Position numbers and translations under genes: made by a program
In this document: in pieces, positions 45,478 to 54,243 of the stretch
Layout of the letters: every line of letters begins with the position of its first letter
How positions within the stretch are numbered: position 1 is the first letter of the stretch
DNA from: Omnitrophica WOR_2 bacterium RIFOXYA2_FULL_38_17
Lineage (GTDB): Bacteria; Omnitrophota; Gorgyraeia; Zapsychrales; Zapsychraceae
Length of the DNA: 61,664 bases
Assembly (NCBI GenBank): GCA_001805965.1
Contig: MHHG01000018.1
Span: 4,306-65,969, forward strand
Direction of reading: 5' to 3'
The notes under the pieces: generated by a model
The model's database searches: none
Seen by the model: the letters and a program-made list of their open reading frames with translations, nothing else
Told to the model about the DNA's origin: nothing

Positions 45478-45491
45478 TGTTAGCTGTTAGC
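45478..45491 (-). repeat. junction motif copy 5, inverted and back-to-back (GCTAACAGCTAACA on the minus strand)
   Basis: The plus strand reads TGTTAGCTGTTAGC, followed directly by a C8 tract and then GCCAAAT. Confidence 0.6.
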
Positions 45492-45510
45492 CCCCCCCGC
45501 CAAATATGAC

Positions 45511-45546
45511 AACAGGGCAGACTATTAAGTCTGCCCTGTTTTTTTG
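45511..45546 (+). terminator. strong rho-independent terminator
   Basis: Perfect 13-bp stem AACAGGGCAGACT/AGTCTGCCCTGTT, loop ATTA, then a T-run. Confidence 0.75.
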
Positions 45547-45679
45547 TGTATCACTTTGTCCGGCTGTGTCATATTGACGTAATATTGGTATGGTAGTAGG
45601 ATATTGCTACAATTTTCAGAAAGATGTTCATATGAAAGAATAATTTGTTCAAATATATTCAATTTAGGAGAAAGCTGTG

Positions 45680-46135
45680 ATGAAAAGTAAAGTGATGGGA
45701 TTGTTCGTATTCTGCGCGTTGGTATACTTATCAAGCCCTGTTTTTGCAGGAGTTGATTATTCAATTAAGGCGATGGAGTATGATTCTAAGCAGTTCATCT
45801 CAAGGACTAACAATCAATTGAAGGTTTTCAAAGCATCCAGGGTCGACAATACTACTAAGGTAGACAGAAGAGCCGCTTTGAGGGAATTCAAGGCGCATTA
45901 TGACAGGATGATCAGCGATGCAAAACAAAAGCTTAGGGATTTTAGAGAATATGTGTCGCTACAAACTAGCAGTCTGGAGAATACTAGAATAAGGCAAAGA
46001 GATACGCAAGATATGATCAACAGGAACAGGATCGTTTTTCGTGATAAAGATCTGCAGCAGAAAGAAGTCTTAAGGAACAATAAAGAAAAACTGCAAGCTC
46101 TCAGGCTAAAATTAAAAGAGCAGACCAGAAGATAA
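45680..46135 (+). CDS. secreted coiled-coil protein
   Basis: Signal peptide MKSKVMGLFVFCALVYLSSPVFAG, then a charged helical region. RBS AGGAGAAAG. Confidence 0.6.
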   Translation: MKSKVMGLFVFCALVYLSSPVFAGVDYSIKAMEYDSKQFISRTNNQLKVFKASRVDNTTKVDRRAALREFKAHYDRMISDAKQKLRDFREYVSLQTSSLENTRIRQRDTQDMINRNRIVFRDKDLQQKEVLRNNKEKLQALRLKLKEQTRR

Positions 46136-46149
46136 ACATTTTTCAAAAG

Positions 46150-46185
46150 AACCGATAGGGTGCAATATATCCTATCGGTTTTTTT
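46150..46185 (+). terminator. rho-independent terminator
   Basis: AACCGATAGG/CCTATCGGTT stem followed by a T-run. Confidence 0.75.
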
Positions 46186-46322
46186 ATGTCAATTTTTGAG
46201 ATTAATATTGATTTTCAGTTGATAATTGCATAAATGTCCTTCAAAAGCCTAAGTTTTGCTATTTTGTTCCGCAGAGGATATACTTTAGACGCGTTTAATA
46301 TTAATATTTATAGGTGAACTAA

Positions 46323-48380
46323 TTGGAATATAAATACTGTAAAAAACTTTTAGTATCCATAGTGGCCCTGTTCTTTGTTTATGGTCAAATGCTCCCTTTT
46401 TCTGCAACAGCGGTTTGTGCCCAAGAGTTGTTCAGCCTGCCTTCGCCAGGGACAATGATCAATATAAGCCCGGCATTCTCACCCGCAATGGTACAGGGCA
46501 TTACAATTTATCCTGATAATCCTCTTAAATTTGATTTTATTATTCATCCCGGTGACGATAAATTGGCAGAAGATGCTTTTGAACAAGAAGCACAAAAGCT
46601 GATCAATTACTTTCTGGCTGCTTTAACAGTTCCTGAGGATGAGATGTGGGTTAATCTTTCCCCTTATGAAAAAGAACGCATTATTGCCGAAGGCTTAAGC
46701 GATACAGAAATGGGCCGGGATATGTTGGCGCAAGACTATATCCTGAAGCAATTGACGGCAACGCTGCTTTCACCCGAGGAAGAAATAGGTGAAGAATTTT
46801 GGAAGAGGGTATATGCGCGGGCAAAAGATGACCACGGTATTGCAGATGTGCCTGTAAACACATTCAATAAGATCTGGATCGTGCCTGAAAGTGCGGATAT
46901 TTATGTCAACGGTAATCATGCTTTTGTTGTTCGTAATCATCTAAAGGTAATGTTGGAAGAAGATTACTTGGCTTTGGAAGCGGATTCATATGGTCTTACA
47001 TCTGAACCTTCAGCGAATATGCAGTCGGAGATAATGAGGGATATAATTATTCCGGAGATAGAAAAGGAAGTTAATGAAGGGAGGCATTTTGCCCCGCTAA
47101 GACAGATGTTCAATGCGATCATATTAGCTAATTGGTATAAGCAGGCACTTAAGGAAAGCTTTTTAGGGCAGGCATATGTAGATAAGAATAAGACACAGGG
47201 CATTGACCTCGAAGATAAGGATGTTAAGTACAAGATATATGATCGTTATGTTGAGGCTTTTGAGAGGGGTGTTTATAATCATGTCAAAGAAGAATATGAT
47301 GAAGCGACACAGGAAATTATTCCCAGAAAATACTTTTCTGGAGGGATCAAAGCTAAGCTTGCTGGAAAGGTTCATCAGCCTCAAGAAAGAGAAGCGGTCC
47401 CAGAATTGTCCAGGGAATTGCGGGGTGCAGAGGTTGTTGGTATTGTATTAGATAATCCGTTATTAGGCCAGGTCGAAGATAATGAGAAGGGGACAGACAC
47501 GTCGATGCTGTCAATTGCTGAGCGCAGCCAGTTCGTTGCAGCAGCAAAGGATGTTGTAAGGCAGATAAAAGAAGAGGGCATTGAGATAATTCTGATGTCT
47601 GGCAGGAGCGGGGAATTTGTAGAGATGGTATTTGAAGAGGCCTGGAAAAGTCAAAATTTTTCAGAGGAAGAAAAACCGCGAGTTATAAATTTTGGCTCTG
47701 AACTAGGGATGTTTTATGGGCGTGTGCCGATATCAAGGATGGAAGAAGGCGGTTATGGCATGGCGCCTCTTAGAAGAGATATCGATGCAGCGGTAAATAA
47801 GTTTTCCGGCATGACCTTAGATGATATGGCGGATAAGAAAGTTATGTATTTGGATGATTTTACGGACAGAGGACACAAGATGCTTCGAGTTGGAACGCTT
47901 TTTTATTTTCTTGGATTACAGCAATTTTATGTCGGGGTATTCACCGCATCGCCTAATTCCGGTATTCTTGAAGATGCAAATATTGCTTTAAACAGATATC
48001 AGATCGTAGCAGGGATCGTTGATGAGGTATTGAACCAGAAAATAGCAGTGTTAGCAAAAGAAGGTGTTAGCCGAGAGACTATCGCTGCAGATATAGTCGC
48101 CGGTGAACTGTCTGCGATCCAGGGAGTCATTAGAACGGAAGAAATTGTTAAGCCTAAGGAGGTCGGTGGCATCGATTTTAACCCTGGAAAAATGAATGTC
48201 AATATACAAGGCGGATCGCCGGAATTTCAAATACCGCAAGATTTCTTGGATGTGCCATTTGACAGCATTGAAGGGTTCTTTCCTGTGATCATAAATATTT
48301 CGCCTATCATGAACATACCCCTGTTGTTAGGTGGCACAGATATTGGAAATGAAGACCAGTTAAGCGCGCTGGATCGGTAA
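46323..48380 (+). CDS. large secreted protein, unknown function (C-terminal phosphoribosyltransferase-like segment possible)
   Basis: Signal peptide; conserved-looking LPSPGTMINISPAFSPAMVQGITIYPDNPLKFDFII N-terminus; KVMYLDDFTDRGHKM resembles a PRTase loop. TTG start after AGGTGA. Confidence 0.6.
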   Translation: MEYKYCKKLLVSIVALFFVYGQMLPFSATAVCAQELFSLPSPGTMINISPAFSPAMVQGITIYPDNPLKFDFIIHPGDDKLAEDAFEQEAQKLINYFLAALTVPEDEMWVNLSPYEKERIIAEGLSDTEMGRDMLAQDYILKQLTATLLSPEEEIGEEFWKRVYARAKDDHGIADVPVNTFNKIWIVPESADIYVNGNHAFVVRNHLKVMLEEDYLALEADSYGLTSEPSANMQSEIMRDIIIPEIEKEVNEGRHFAPLRQMFNAIILANWYKQALKESFLGQAYVDKNKTQGIDLEDKDVKYKIYDRYVEAFERGVYNHVKEEYDEATQEIIPRKYFSGGIKAKLAGKVHQPQEREAVPELSRELRGAEVVGIVLDNPLLGQVEDNEKGTDTSMLSIAERSQFVAAAKDVVRQIKEEGIEIILMSGRSGEFVEMVFEEAWKSQNFSEEEKPRVINFGSELGMFYGRVPISRMEEGGYGMAPLRRDIDAAVNKFSGMTLDDMADKKVMYLDDFTDRGHKMLRVGTLFYFLGLQQFYVGVFTASPNSGILEDANIALNRYQIVAGIVDEVLNQKIAVLAKEGVSRETIAADIVAGELSAIQGVIRTEEIVKPKEVGGIDFNPGKMNVNIQGGSPEFQIPQDFLDVPFDSIEGFFPVIINISPIMNIPLLLGGTDIGNEDQLSALDR

Positions 48381-48603
48381 TATCTCGAGATTTTACGGGA
48401 TTGCTGCAATTCTTTCATTTGTCCTGAAAAAGACCTTTTGGGGATCATCTTCTCCCAGAAATCCGTATCTACTAAACAGATCTATAGCAATATAAACTAG
48501 CTGTTGTTTTCTTGCTGGCTTTTGCAGCAGGCTCTTTTCTCCTTGAACAGTCTCAGGATATTTTTGCCTTGCAAATAAAATAGAGATGGATAGAATTGTA
48601 TCT

Positions 48604-49254
48604 ATGTGCGGGCGCTTTGCATTATCAAAAACAGAACAGCTGCTTAAGAAGCGCTTCAAGGTAAAAGATATTGATCCTGGATATAAGACCAGTTTTAATA
48701 TTGCGCCTGATGCGGCTATTCCTGTCATATTAAATGAGGATACTTCTAAAATAATTCTGGCGCATTGGGGATATACTCCGCATTGGATGGGCAAGGATAG
48801 ATCCTTTTCTGTTATCAATGCCCGCTCGGAGGAAATTACTACCAAGAATTTTTTTAAGAGCTCGTTCTTAAAGCGCAGATGCCTTATATTGGCTGATTCT
48901 TTTTATGAGTGGCACAAGCAGGGAAGCCTTAAGGTTCCTCATCGAATATTCTTGAGAGGTGAGGAATGTTTTGCTTTTGCTGGTGTTTGGGATATTTGGG
49001 ATGACAGGCTAAACTGTGCTATTATAACTACCACGGCCAATGACCTTATCAGGCCGATACATGACCGCATGCCTGTTGTATTGGCCAAGGATAGCGAAGA
49101 AGCCTGGCTACGGTCAGATGATCCGGAAGAGCTCAAAAGAATATTATGCCCTTATCCGTCTGGAGAAATGGATATGTACGCAGTCAGCAGAGATGTTAAT
49201 TCTCCTAAGAACGATTCAGAAGCGCTTTTAAGAAATATTAAAGGAATTAAGTGA
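48604..49254 (+). CDS. SOS-response-associated peptidase (SRAP/YedK family, abasic-site crosslinking protein)
   Basis: MCGRFAL N-terminus (catalytic Cys2, so ATG 48604 is preferred over 48586), FNIAP, HDRMPVVL. Confidence 0.85.
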   Translation: MCGRFALSKTEQLLKKRFKVKDIDPGYKTSFNIAPDAAIPVILNEDTSKIILAHWGYTPHWMGKDRSFSVINARSEEITTKNFFKSSFLKRRCLILADSFYEWHKQGSLKVPHRIFLRGEECFAFAGVWDIWDDRLNCAIITTTANDLIRPIHDRMPVVLAKDSEEAWLRSDDPEELKRILCPYPSGEMDMYAVSRDVNSPKNDSEALLRNIKGIK

Positions 49255-49296
49255 AGAACGGTTAATTCCTCAAAACGAAAGAAACCCAAGCCTCCG

Positions 49297-50004
49297 ATGA
49301 ATACCGCTTTTGCTTCTCCAATAATTAATGTTTTGATCTTTATCCTTGCTTTTTGCAGCATAGTTTATGAACTGCTTTTAGCCCAAGCCTTGTCTGCGTT
49401 CTTAGAGAATACGGTTTTGAGATATTGTGTCACAATAGGACTGTACATGTTCTCAATGGGGCTGGGGGCCCTTGCGGCAGAAGAGAAATACACAAAACAT
49501 CCGATCAATACTTTATTAAGCGTAGAAATATTGCTGACATTAATAGGTGGCTTTTCTTTGGGGATATTGCATGTCTTAAATATGCTGTATTTACCCAGGA
49601 TCGTTTTTAGTGCGGCTGCACATATTCTTATAATTTGTATCGGTGTTTTGACTGGATTTGAGGTCCCGTTATTTTTTGAGATCGTGCGGATTAAAAAGAT
49701 CTCTTCTGAGAATATAGTGCTTGGCGTCAATTATTTTGGGGCGTTCGTAGGGACAGGCTGTTTTACATTTGTTTTTTATCCAATAGCAGGCTTGATGGCG
49801 ACCTCCTTTTTTGTCGGTTTTATTAATGCGTTAGCCGGGACAAGTTTAATGATCCTGAGAGGCCTGATCTCAAAAGAGGCATTAAAGCCGTTTTACCGGC
49901 TGTGGACATTGCAGGTAATGATCCTCGTGATGATCGGGATATGTTTGTTCTGTTCTGATCCTATCAACGAATATTTTATGGACAGATATATGAATGCCTT
50001 TTAA
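49297..50004 (+). CDS. polytopic membrane protein paralogous to the N-terminal membrane domain of the downstream spermidine synthase
   Basis: FILAFCSIVYELLLAQALSAFLENTVLRYCVTIGLYMFSMGLGA parallels FVLAACSIIYELLIAQTFTSLTSNTVFWYSLTIGIYLGSMGCGA of 50440-52341. Confidence 0.65.
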   Translation: MNTAFASPIINVLIFILAFCSIVYELLLAQALSAFLENTVLRYCVTIGLYMFSMGLGALAAEEKYTKHPINTLLSVEILLTLIGGFSLGILHVLNMLYLPRIVFSAAAHILIICIGVLTGFEVPLFFEIVRIKKISSENIVLGVNYFGAFVGTGCFTFVFYPIAGLMATSFFVGFINALAGTSLMILRGLISKEALKPFYRLWTLQVMILVMIGICLFCSDPINEYFMDRYMNAF

Positions 50005-50089
50005 TTCTTTGTGTATGTTGTCGGATGAGCTTAATTAAATATAGAACACCTTGATAAGCGAGGTCGTTATAAAAAAGGAAAGTTTAAAT

Positions 50090-50443
50090 ATGGACAACGA
50101 ATTCGGAAAACACTACCTGGTAGAATTTATAAACTGCAACGCTGAAAAATTAAAATATGTTAAAGATGTTAAAAAGGTCTTTATCTCTGCAGCGAAAAAA
50201 AGCAATGCGACAATATTGAAATATTATTTCAACCAGTTTAAGCCAACAGGCGTCAGCGGAATAATGCTGATCGCAGAATCACATTTCTCCATTCATACGT
50301 GGCCAGACCATGATTATGCAGCGTTCGATATGTTCTCATGCGGGCACATTGAATCAGATATAGCTATTAGTATCCTGAGAACCGGATTTGAAGCGGAAAA
50401 AGCAGAAGTGAAAATTATTTCCCGAGGCAGGCTTTTAAAATGA
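50090..50443 (+). CDS. speH: S-adenosylmethionine decarboxylase proenzyme (pyruvoyl type)
   Basis: GKHYLVEF...IAESHFSIHTWPDHDYAAFDMFSCG contains the ES self-cleavage site. ATG 50090 is preferred. Confidence 0.85.
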   Translation: MDNEFGKHYLVEFINCNAEKLKYVKDVKKVFISAAKKSNATILKYYFNQFKPTGVSGIMLIAESHFSIHTWPDHDYAAFDMFSCGHIESDIAISILRTGFEAEKAEVKIISRGRLLK

Positions 50444-52341
50444 ACTTTGAAACAAGGAATAAAATCATCTTTACTTACTTTCTTGCTTTTGTTCTGGCTG
50501 CATGCAGCATTATTTATGAGCTGTTAATAGCTCAAACATTCACGTCTTTGACCTCCAATACGGTATTTTGGTATAGCTTAACGATCGGAATATATTTAGG
50601 ATCAATGGGCTGCGGGGCGTTATTATGCGAAAAGCTGTATAAAAATAAATTTACCTGGTTGAACCTGTTCAAGGTCGAGATCTATCTGTCGTTATTCGGC
50701 GGCATTGCCGTATTAATGGTCAATTATACCCATATTATTTATATATTTTTAACGATGAATGATCAATTCTATCTGGCTGTTAGATTGCTTTTCCTGATAT
50801 TCTTCTTTGTTGTAGTTATTGTTGGTATTTTAACGGGCCTGGAGTTACCGTTATTGATAAGGCTTTGTAATGAATTGTCGGGAACAAAAAGAGTTGCTAA
50901 CAGGGTTTTGTGCGCCGATTATACCGGGTCTCTCGCAGGCGGGTTGATCCTGCCACTGGTTTTATTCCCCAGCTTTGACCTTCTGTCGATAGGGTGCCTG
51001 GTTGCCTTGATCAATCTGTCAGTTGCCTTATTCATACTGGTTTATTTTGTACGAAAAGACTGCAGGGACGTGTTTGAGAAATTTGTGCTTTTTTTGATCT
51101 TATACGGACTGCTTGTTATTTTGCTCGCCAACAGTTCGCGCTTACAGCAGTATTTTATAAAGAAAGAATATTTCTATAAATATGCGGAGAATGATGCGGG
51201 GAAATTCTTTAAGCCATTTAATGATTTTGAGGACATTGAGCGGCATAGCTCGGTATATCAAAAGATTGATATTGCTAAAGTCCCGGAAAAGTATAACAGA
51301 GAGGACATTGTTTGGGGACTATTAAGCACAAAAATAACTGCTGACCCGAACTATCCCAAGGGATATATGTTGTTCTTAAATCACGAATTTCAGTTCCATT
51401 CTGATAAGGAAGAGTTCTATCATGAATACATTACACATATCCCTATCATCTTGAACGGCTCAGTCCCTCATAAGGTCTTAGTTCTCGGTGCAGGTGATGG
51501 ATTTTTGGTCAGGGAGCTAATAAAATATTCTGAGATTGAAAGCATAACCCTTGTTGAATTAGATAAAAAAATGATCGATCTGGCCAATAATCATCCGGTA
51601 TTTACAAGCATTAATAAAAATTCCTTTAAAGACCCGAGAGTTCATATAGAAATCATTGATGCGTATTATTATATTAAAAATTGCAAAGAAAAATATGATG
51701 CGATCTATCTCGACCTTCCGGTCCCGGAAAATTATGACCTAAGCAAGTTATATAGCCGTGAATTCTTCTTTTTTGTACATAGAAGTTTAAAAGACCATGG
51801 CTTCGCCGCTTTTGAAACTTCAAGGATCAAGCCGTTGTTTTATCAGAAAAATGATGGATATGCCGGACCCGAAGATGGGCCAGGCAGTTACTGGGATATA
51901 TATTCTAGTACCATTAGAACTGCCGGATTCAATACGGTTATTCCATATTTTTCAAATTTTAATGGTAAGCGTAAAGATATAACGCGGCTAATATATGAGT
52001 TTTTAAGCCAAAATGATGAAGAGTGGAAAAAAGATGTGGATAAATGGGGGGACGGAAAGATCGCTTATGAGCCTATTCAGCAGGAGGTTGCTGCTAAGGC
52101 AGCAGACGGTTATTTAGAGAAAAATCTTGATGGGTTTATTATGATGATTAAAGGCCAGCGGCCGGTAAATTATAAATATATAGATTTCGGGATACCGCTA
52201 TATGTGCTAAATAAAGGACTTTTCAACGATGCTTTTATTCTGAATAAAAGGAATGAAAGAGAAATAGACCCTAAAAATATTAATTCTATTATGCGCCCGA
52301 TCCTGCCCAGGCAATTCTTTTTTAAAATATATAATCAATAA
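50440..52341 (+). CDS. speE: spermidine synthase (polyamine aminopropyltransferase) with an N-terminal multi-TM domain
   Basis: About 230 aa of TM helices, then VLVLGAGDGFLVRELIKY and YDAIYLDLPVP. The start overlaps the speH stop. Confidence 0.8.
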   Translation: MNFETRNKIIFTYFLAFVLAACSIIYELLIAQTFTSLTSNTVFWYSLTIGIYLGSMGCGALLCEKLYKNKFTWLNLFKVEIYLSLFGGIAVLMVNYTHIIYIFLTMNDQFYLAVRLLFLIFFFVVVIVGILTGLELPLLIRLCNELSGTKRVANRVLCADYTGSLAGGLILPLVLFPSFDLLSIGCLVALINLSVALFILVYFVRKDCRDVFEKFVLFLILYGLLVILLANSSRLQQYFIKKEYFYKYAENDAGKFFKPFNDFEDIERHSSVYQKIDIAKVPEKYNREDIVWGLLSTKITADPNYPKGYMLFLNHEFQFHSDKEEFYHEYITHIPIILNGSVPHKVLVLGAGDGFLVRELIKYSEIESITLVELDKKMIDLANNHPVFTSINKNSFKDPRVHIEIIDAYYYIKNCKEKYDAIYLDLPVPENYDLSKLYSREFFFFVHRSLKDHGFAAFETSRIKPLFYQKNDGYAGPEDGPGSYWDIYSSTIRTAGFNTVIPYFSNFNGKRKDITRLIYEFLSQNDEEWKKDVDKWGDGKIAYEPIQQEVAAKAADGYLEKNLDGFIMMIKGQRPVNYKYIDFGIPLYVLNKGLFNDAFILNKRNEREIDPKNINSIMRPILPRQFFFKIYNQ

Positions 52342-52818
52342 GTGATAATGAGCGTATTGGTTAGGTCGCGAAAGATAAATATGCGTAAAAATAAGGAAAT
52401 TAAAGATATATTCGGTTTTGAAGCTAGGACAAAGGTGAGATTGCCTTTGTATGTTTCTACAATAAAGGCGGGATTCCCGTCTCCTGCTGATGACTATCTG
52501 GATAAAAAACTGGACCTGAATGAACACCTTGTTAAGCATCCGGCCGCGACCTTTTTTGTGAAAGTTGCCGGTGACTCGATGATAAACGCCGGTATTTTTC
52601 CTGACGATATCCTGATAGTTGACCGCTCGCTTGAAGCCCGCAACAATAGGATCATTGTCGCGATACTTGACGGTGAATTTACCGTTAAGCGCCTTAAGAA
52701 ATATAGAGGAAAGATATCTCTTGTTTCAGAGAACCCGGACTATGAACCTATTGAAGTAACAGAAGACCGGGATTTTGATGTATGGGGCGTTGTTACGAAC
52801 GTGATACACAGTGTATGA
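52342..52818 (+). CDS. umuD: UmuD-like S24 peptidase (translesion polymerase accessory subunit)
   Basis: GFPSPADDY, FFVKVAGDSMINAGI (Ser nucleophile), EFTVKRL (Lys). The start is uncertain (GTG 52342, ATG 52348 or ATG 52381). Confidence 0.8.
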   Translation: MIMSVLVRSRKINMRKNKEIKDIFGFEARTKVRLPLYVSTIKAGFPSPADDYLDKKLDLNEHLVKHPAATFFVKVAGDSMINAGIFPDDILIVDRSLEARNNRIIVAILDGEFTVKRLKKYRGKISLVSENPDYEPIEVTEDRDFDVWGVVTNVIHSV

Positions 52819-54086
52819 AAAATAAAATATTTGCCTTAGTTGATTGTAATAATTTTTTTGTTTCCTGCGAGCGGGTCTTTGCCCCCAATCTGCGCAAAAA
52901 GCCTGTCGTTGTTCTCTCGAACAATGACGGCTGTGCGGTTGCCCGGTCCAATGAAGCCAAGGCCCTTGGTGTCGAAATGGGTTCCCCGTATTTTAAATGG
53001 CAGCATTTAGCCCGGAAGCACGGCATAAAGGTCTTTTCATCTAATTATGTTCTTTACGGCGATATGTCTCACAGGGTAATGAGGACCTTAGACAATATAA
53101 GCCCTAGGATGGAGAGCTATTCCATTGACGAAGCGTTCTTAGAGATTGATGGATTTGACGATAACGAGCGGCTCAATGAATATGGCAGGTTTGTAAGGGA
53201 TACTGTTGAGCGTGATACGGGCATGCCTGTTTCCGTCGGGATCGCGCCAACCAAGACGCTCGCTAAAATAGCAAATCATATTGTAAAAAGAGATCCTCAT
53301 TTGAACGGAATGATAAATCTTTGTGGCAGGGACATTGATGGTTATTTAAAGGAAATTGATGTTGAAAGCATTTGGGGAATAGGGAAAATGCGGGCAGAGA
53401 TGCTAAAGCGGAACGGATATTCAACGGCGCTTGACCTAAAGAATGCAGAGGACCGATGGGTAAAAAAGAAACTGACAGTTTGCGGATTGCGCACGGTTTG
53501 GGAGCTAAGGGGGATTTCGTGCATTCCTCTTGAAGAGGTTTATGGAAGAAAACAGAGCATTGTCGTGTCAAGGTCGTTTGGCAAGGAGATAGGCAGTTAT
53601 GATGGCCTGTGCCAGGCGGTCAGTACTTATGTTTCAAAGGCGGCTGAAAAATTGCGCTCGCAAAGGTCACAGGCCCAGTACTTGCAAATATTTATCAATT
53701 CAGATCGCTTTAATAAAGAAAGATATTACAGCAATTCCGCAGGGATCAGGCTGGACCCGCCTACATCTGATACGGCTACAATGCTTAGATGGGCAGACTT
53801 GCTTTTAAAACATATTTATAATGATGCTTTTGCGTATAAGAGGGCAGGAGTAATGCTGAGCGATCTTGTTGATGCCAGCCATTTTCAATATGATAATACG
53901 GTCGATGTGGATTTGCATTCTAAGAGAGAATCCCTGATGGCGGATATTGACCTGTACAACAAAAAGAATAATTTTGGAAAGATACGTTTTGCGCAGGAAG
54001 GCACCGGCAATAAAATACACTCCAGGCAAACATTGCGCTCTGCAAGGTTCACGACAAAGTGGGACGAATTGTTGACCATACAATAA
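52815..54086 (+). CDS. umuC: Y-family DNA polymerase (UmuC-like)
   Basis: IFALVDCNNFFVSCERVF, VVVLSNNDGC, SIDEAFL. ATG 52815 overlaps the umuD stop (ATGA). Confidence 0.85.
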   Translation: MKNKIFALVDCNNFFVSCERVFAPNLRKKPVVVLSNNDGCAVARSNEAKALGVEMGSPYFKWQHLARKHGIKVFSSNYVLYGDMSHRVMRTLDNISPRMESYSIDEAFLEIDGFDDNERLNEYGRFVRDTVERDTGMPVSVGIAPTKTLAKIANHIVKRDPHLNGMINLCGRDIDGYLKEIDVESIWGIGKMRAEMLKRNGYSTALDLKNAEDRWVKKKLTVCGLRTVWELRGISCIPLEEVYGRKQSIVVSRSFGKEIGSYDGLCQAVSTYVSKAAEKLRSQRSQAQYLQIFINSDRFNKERYYSNSAGIRLDPPTSDTATMLRWADLLLKHIYNDAFAYKRAGVMLSDLVDASHFQYDNTVDVDLHSKRESLMADIDLYNKKNNFGKIRFAQEGTGNKIHSRQTLRSARFTTKWDELLTIQ

Positions 54087-54243
54087 GAAGGTCTTAGTTA
54101 AGTGTGAAAATAAGATATTTGCTGATTTAAGCGAACTAGGGTTTACCCGTGAGCGTGATCGGTAAATATCTTTTTTTGTAACTTTTTATTAAAATGTGCG
54201 TTTAATACATAGAAGGCAAACGTGATCTTAAAAAGGAGATAAT

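Noticed and set aside
8913-45505. The 10-nt repeat CCCGCCAAAT (8913-8922 and 45496-45505) as a definitive attL/attR pair.
   Set aside because: Allowing any 10-mer from the tRNA 3' region, a match somewhere in 61 kb is roughly expected by chance, and serine recombinases do not generate long direct repeats. I keep it only as a weak hint within the island finding.
48393-48845. A 150-aa minus-strand ORF overlapping the SRAP gene start.
   Set aside because: It is antisense to a confidently identified gene (MCGRF...), and the non-overlapping part has no start codon of its own.
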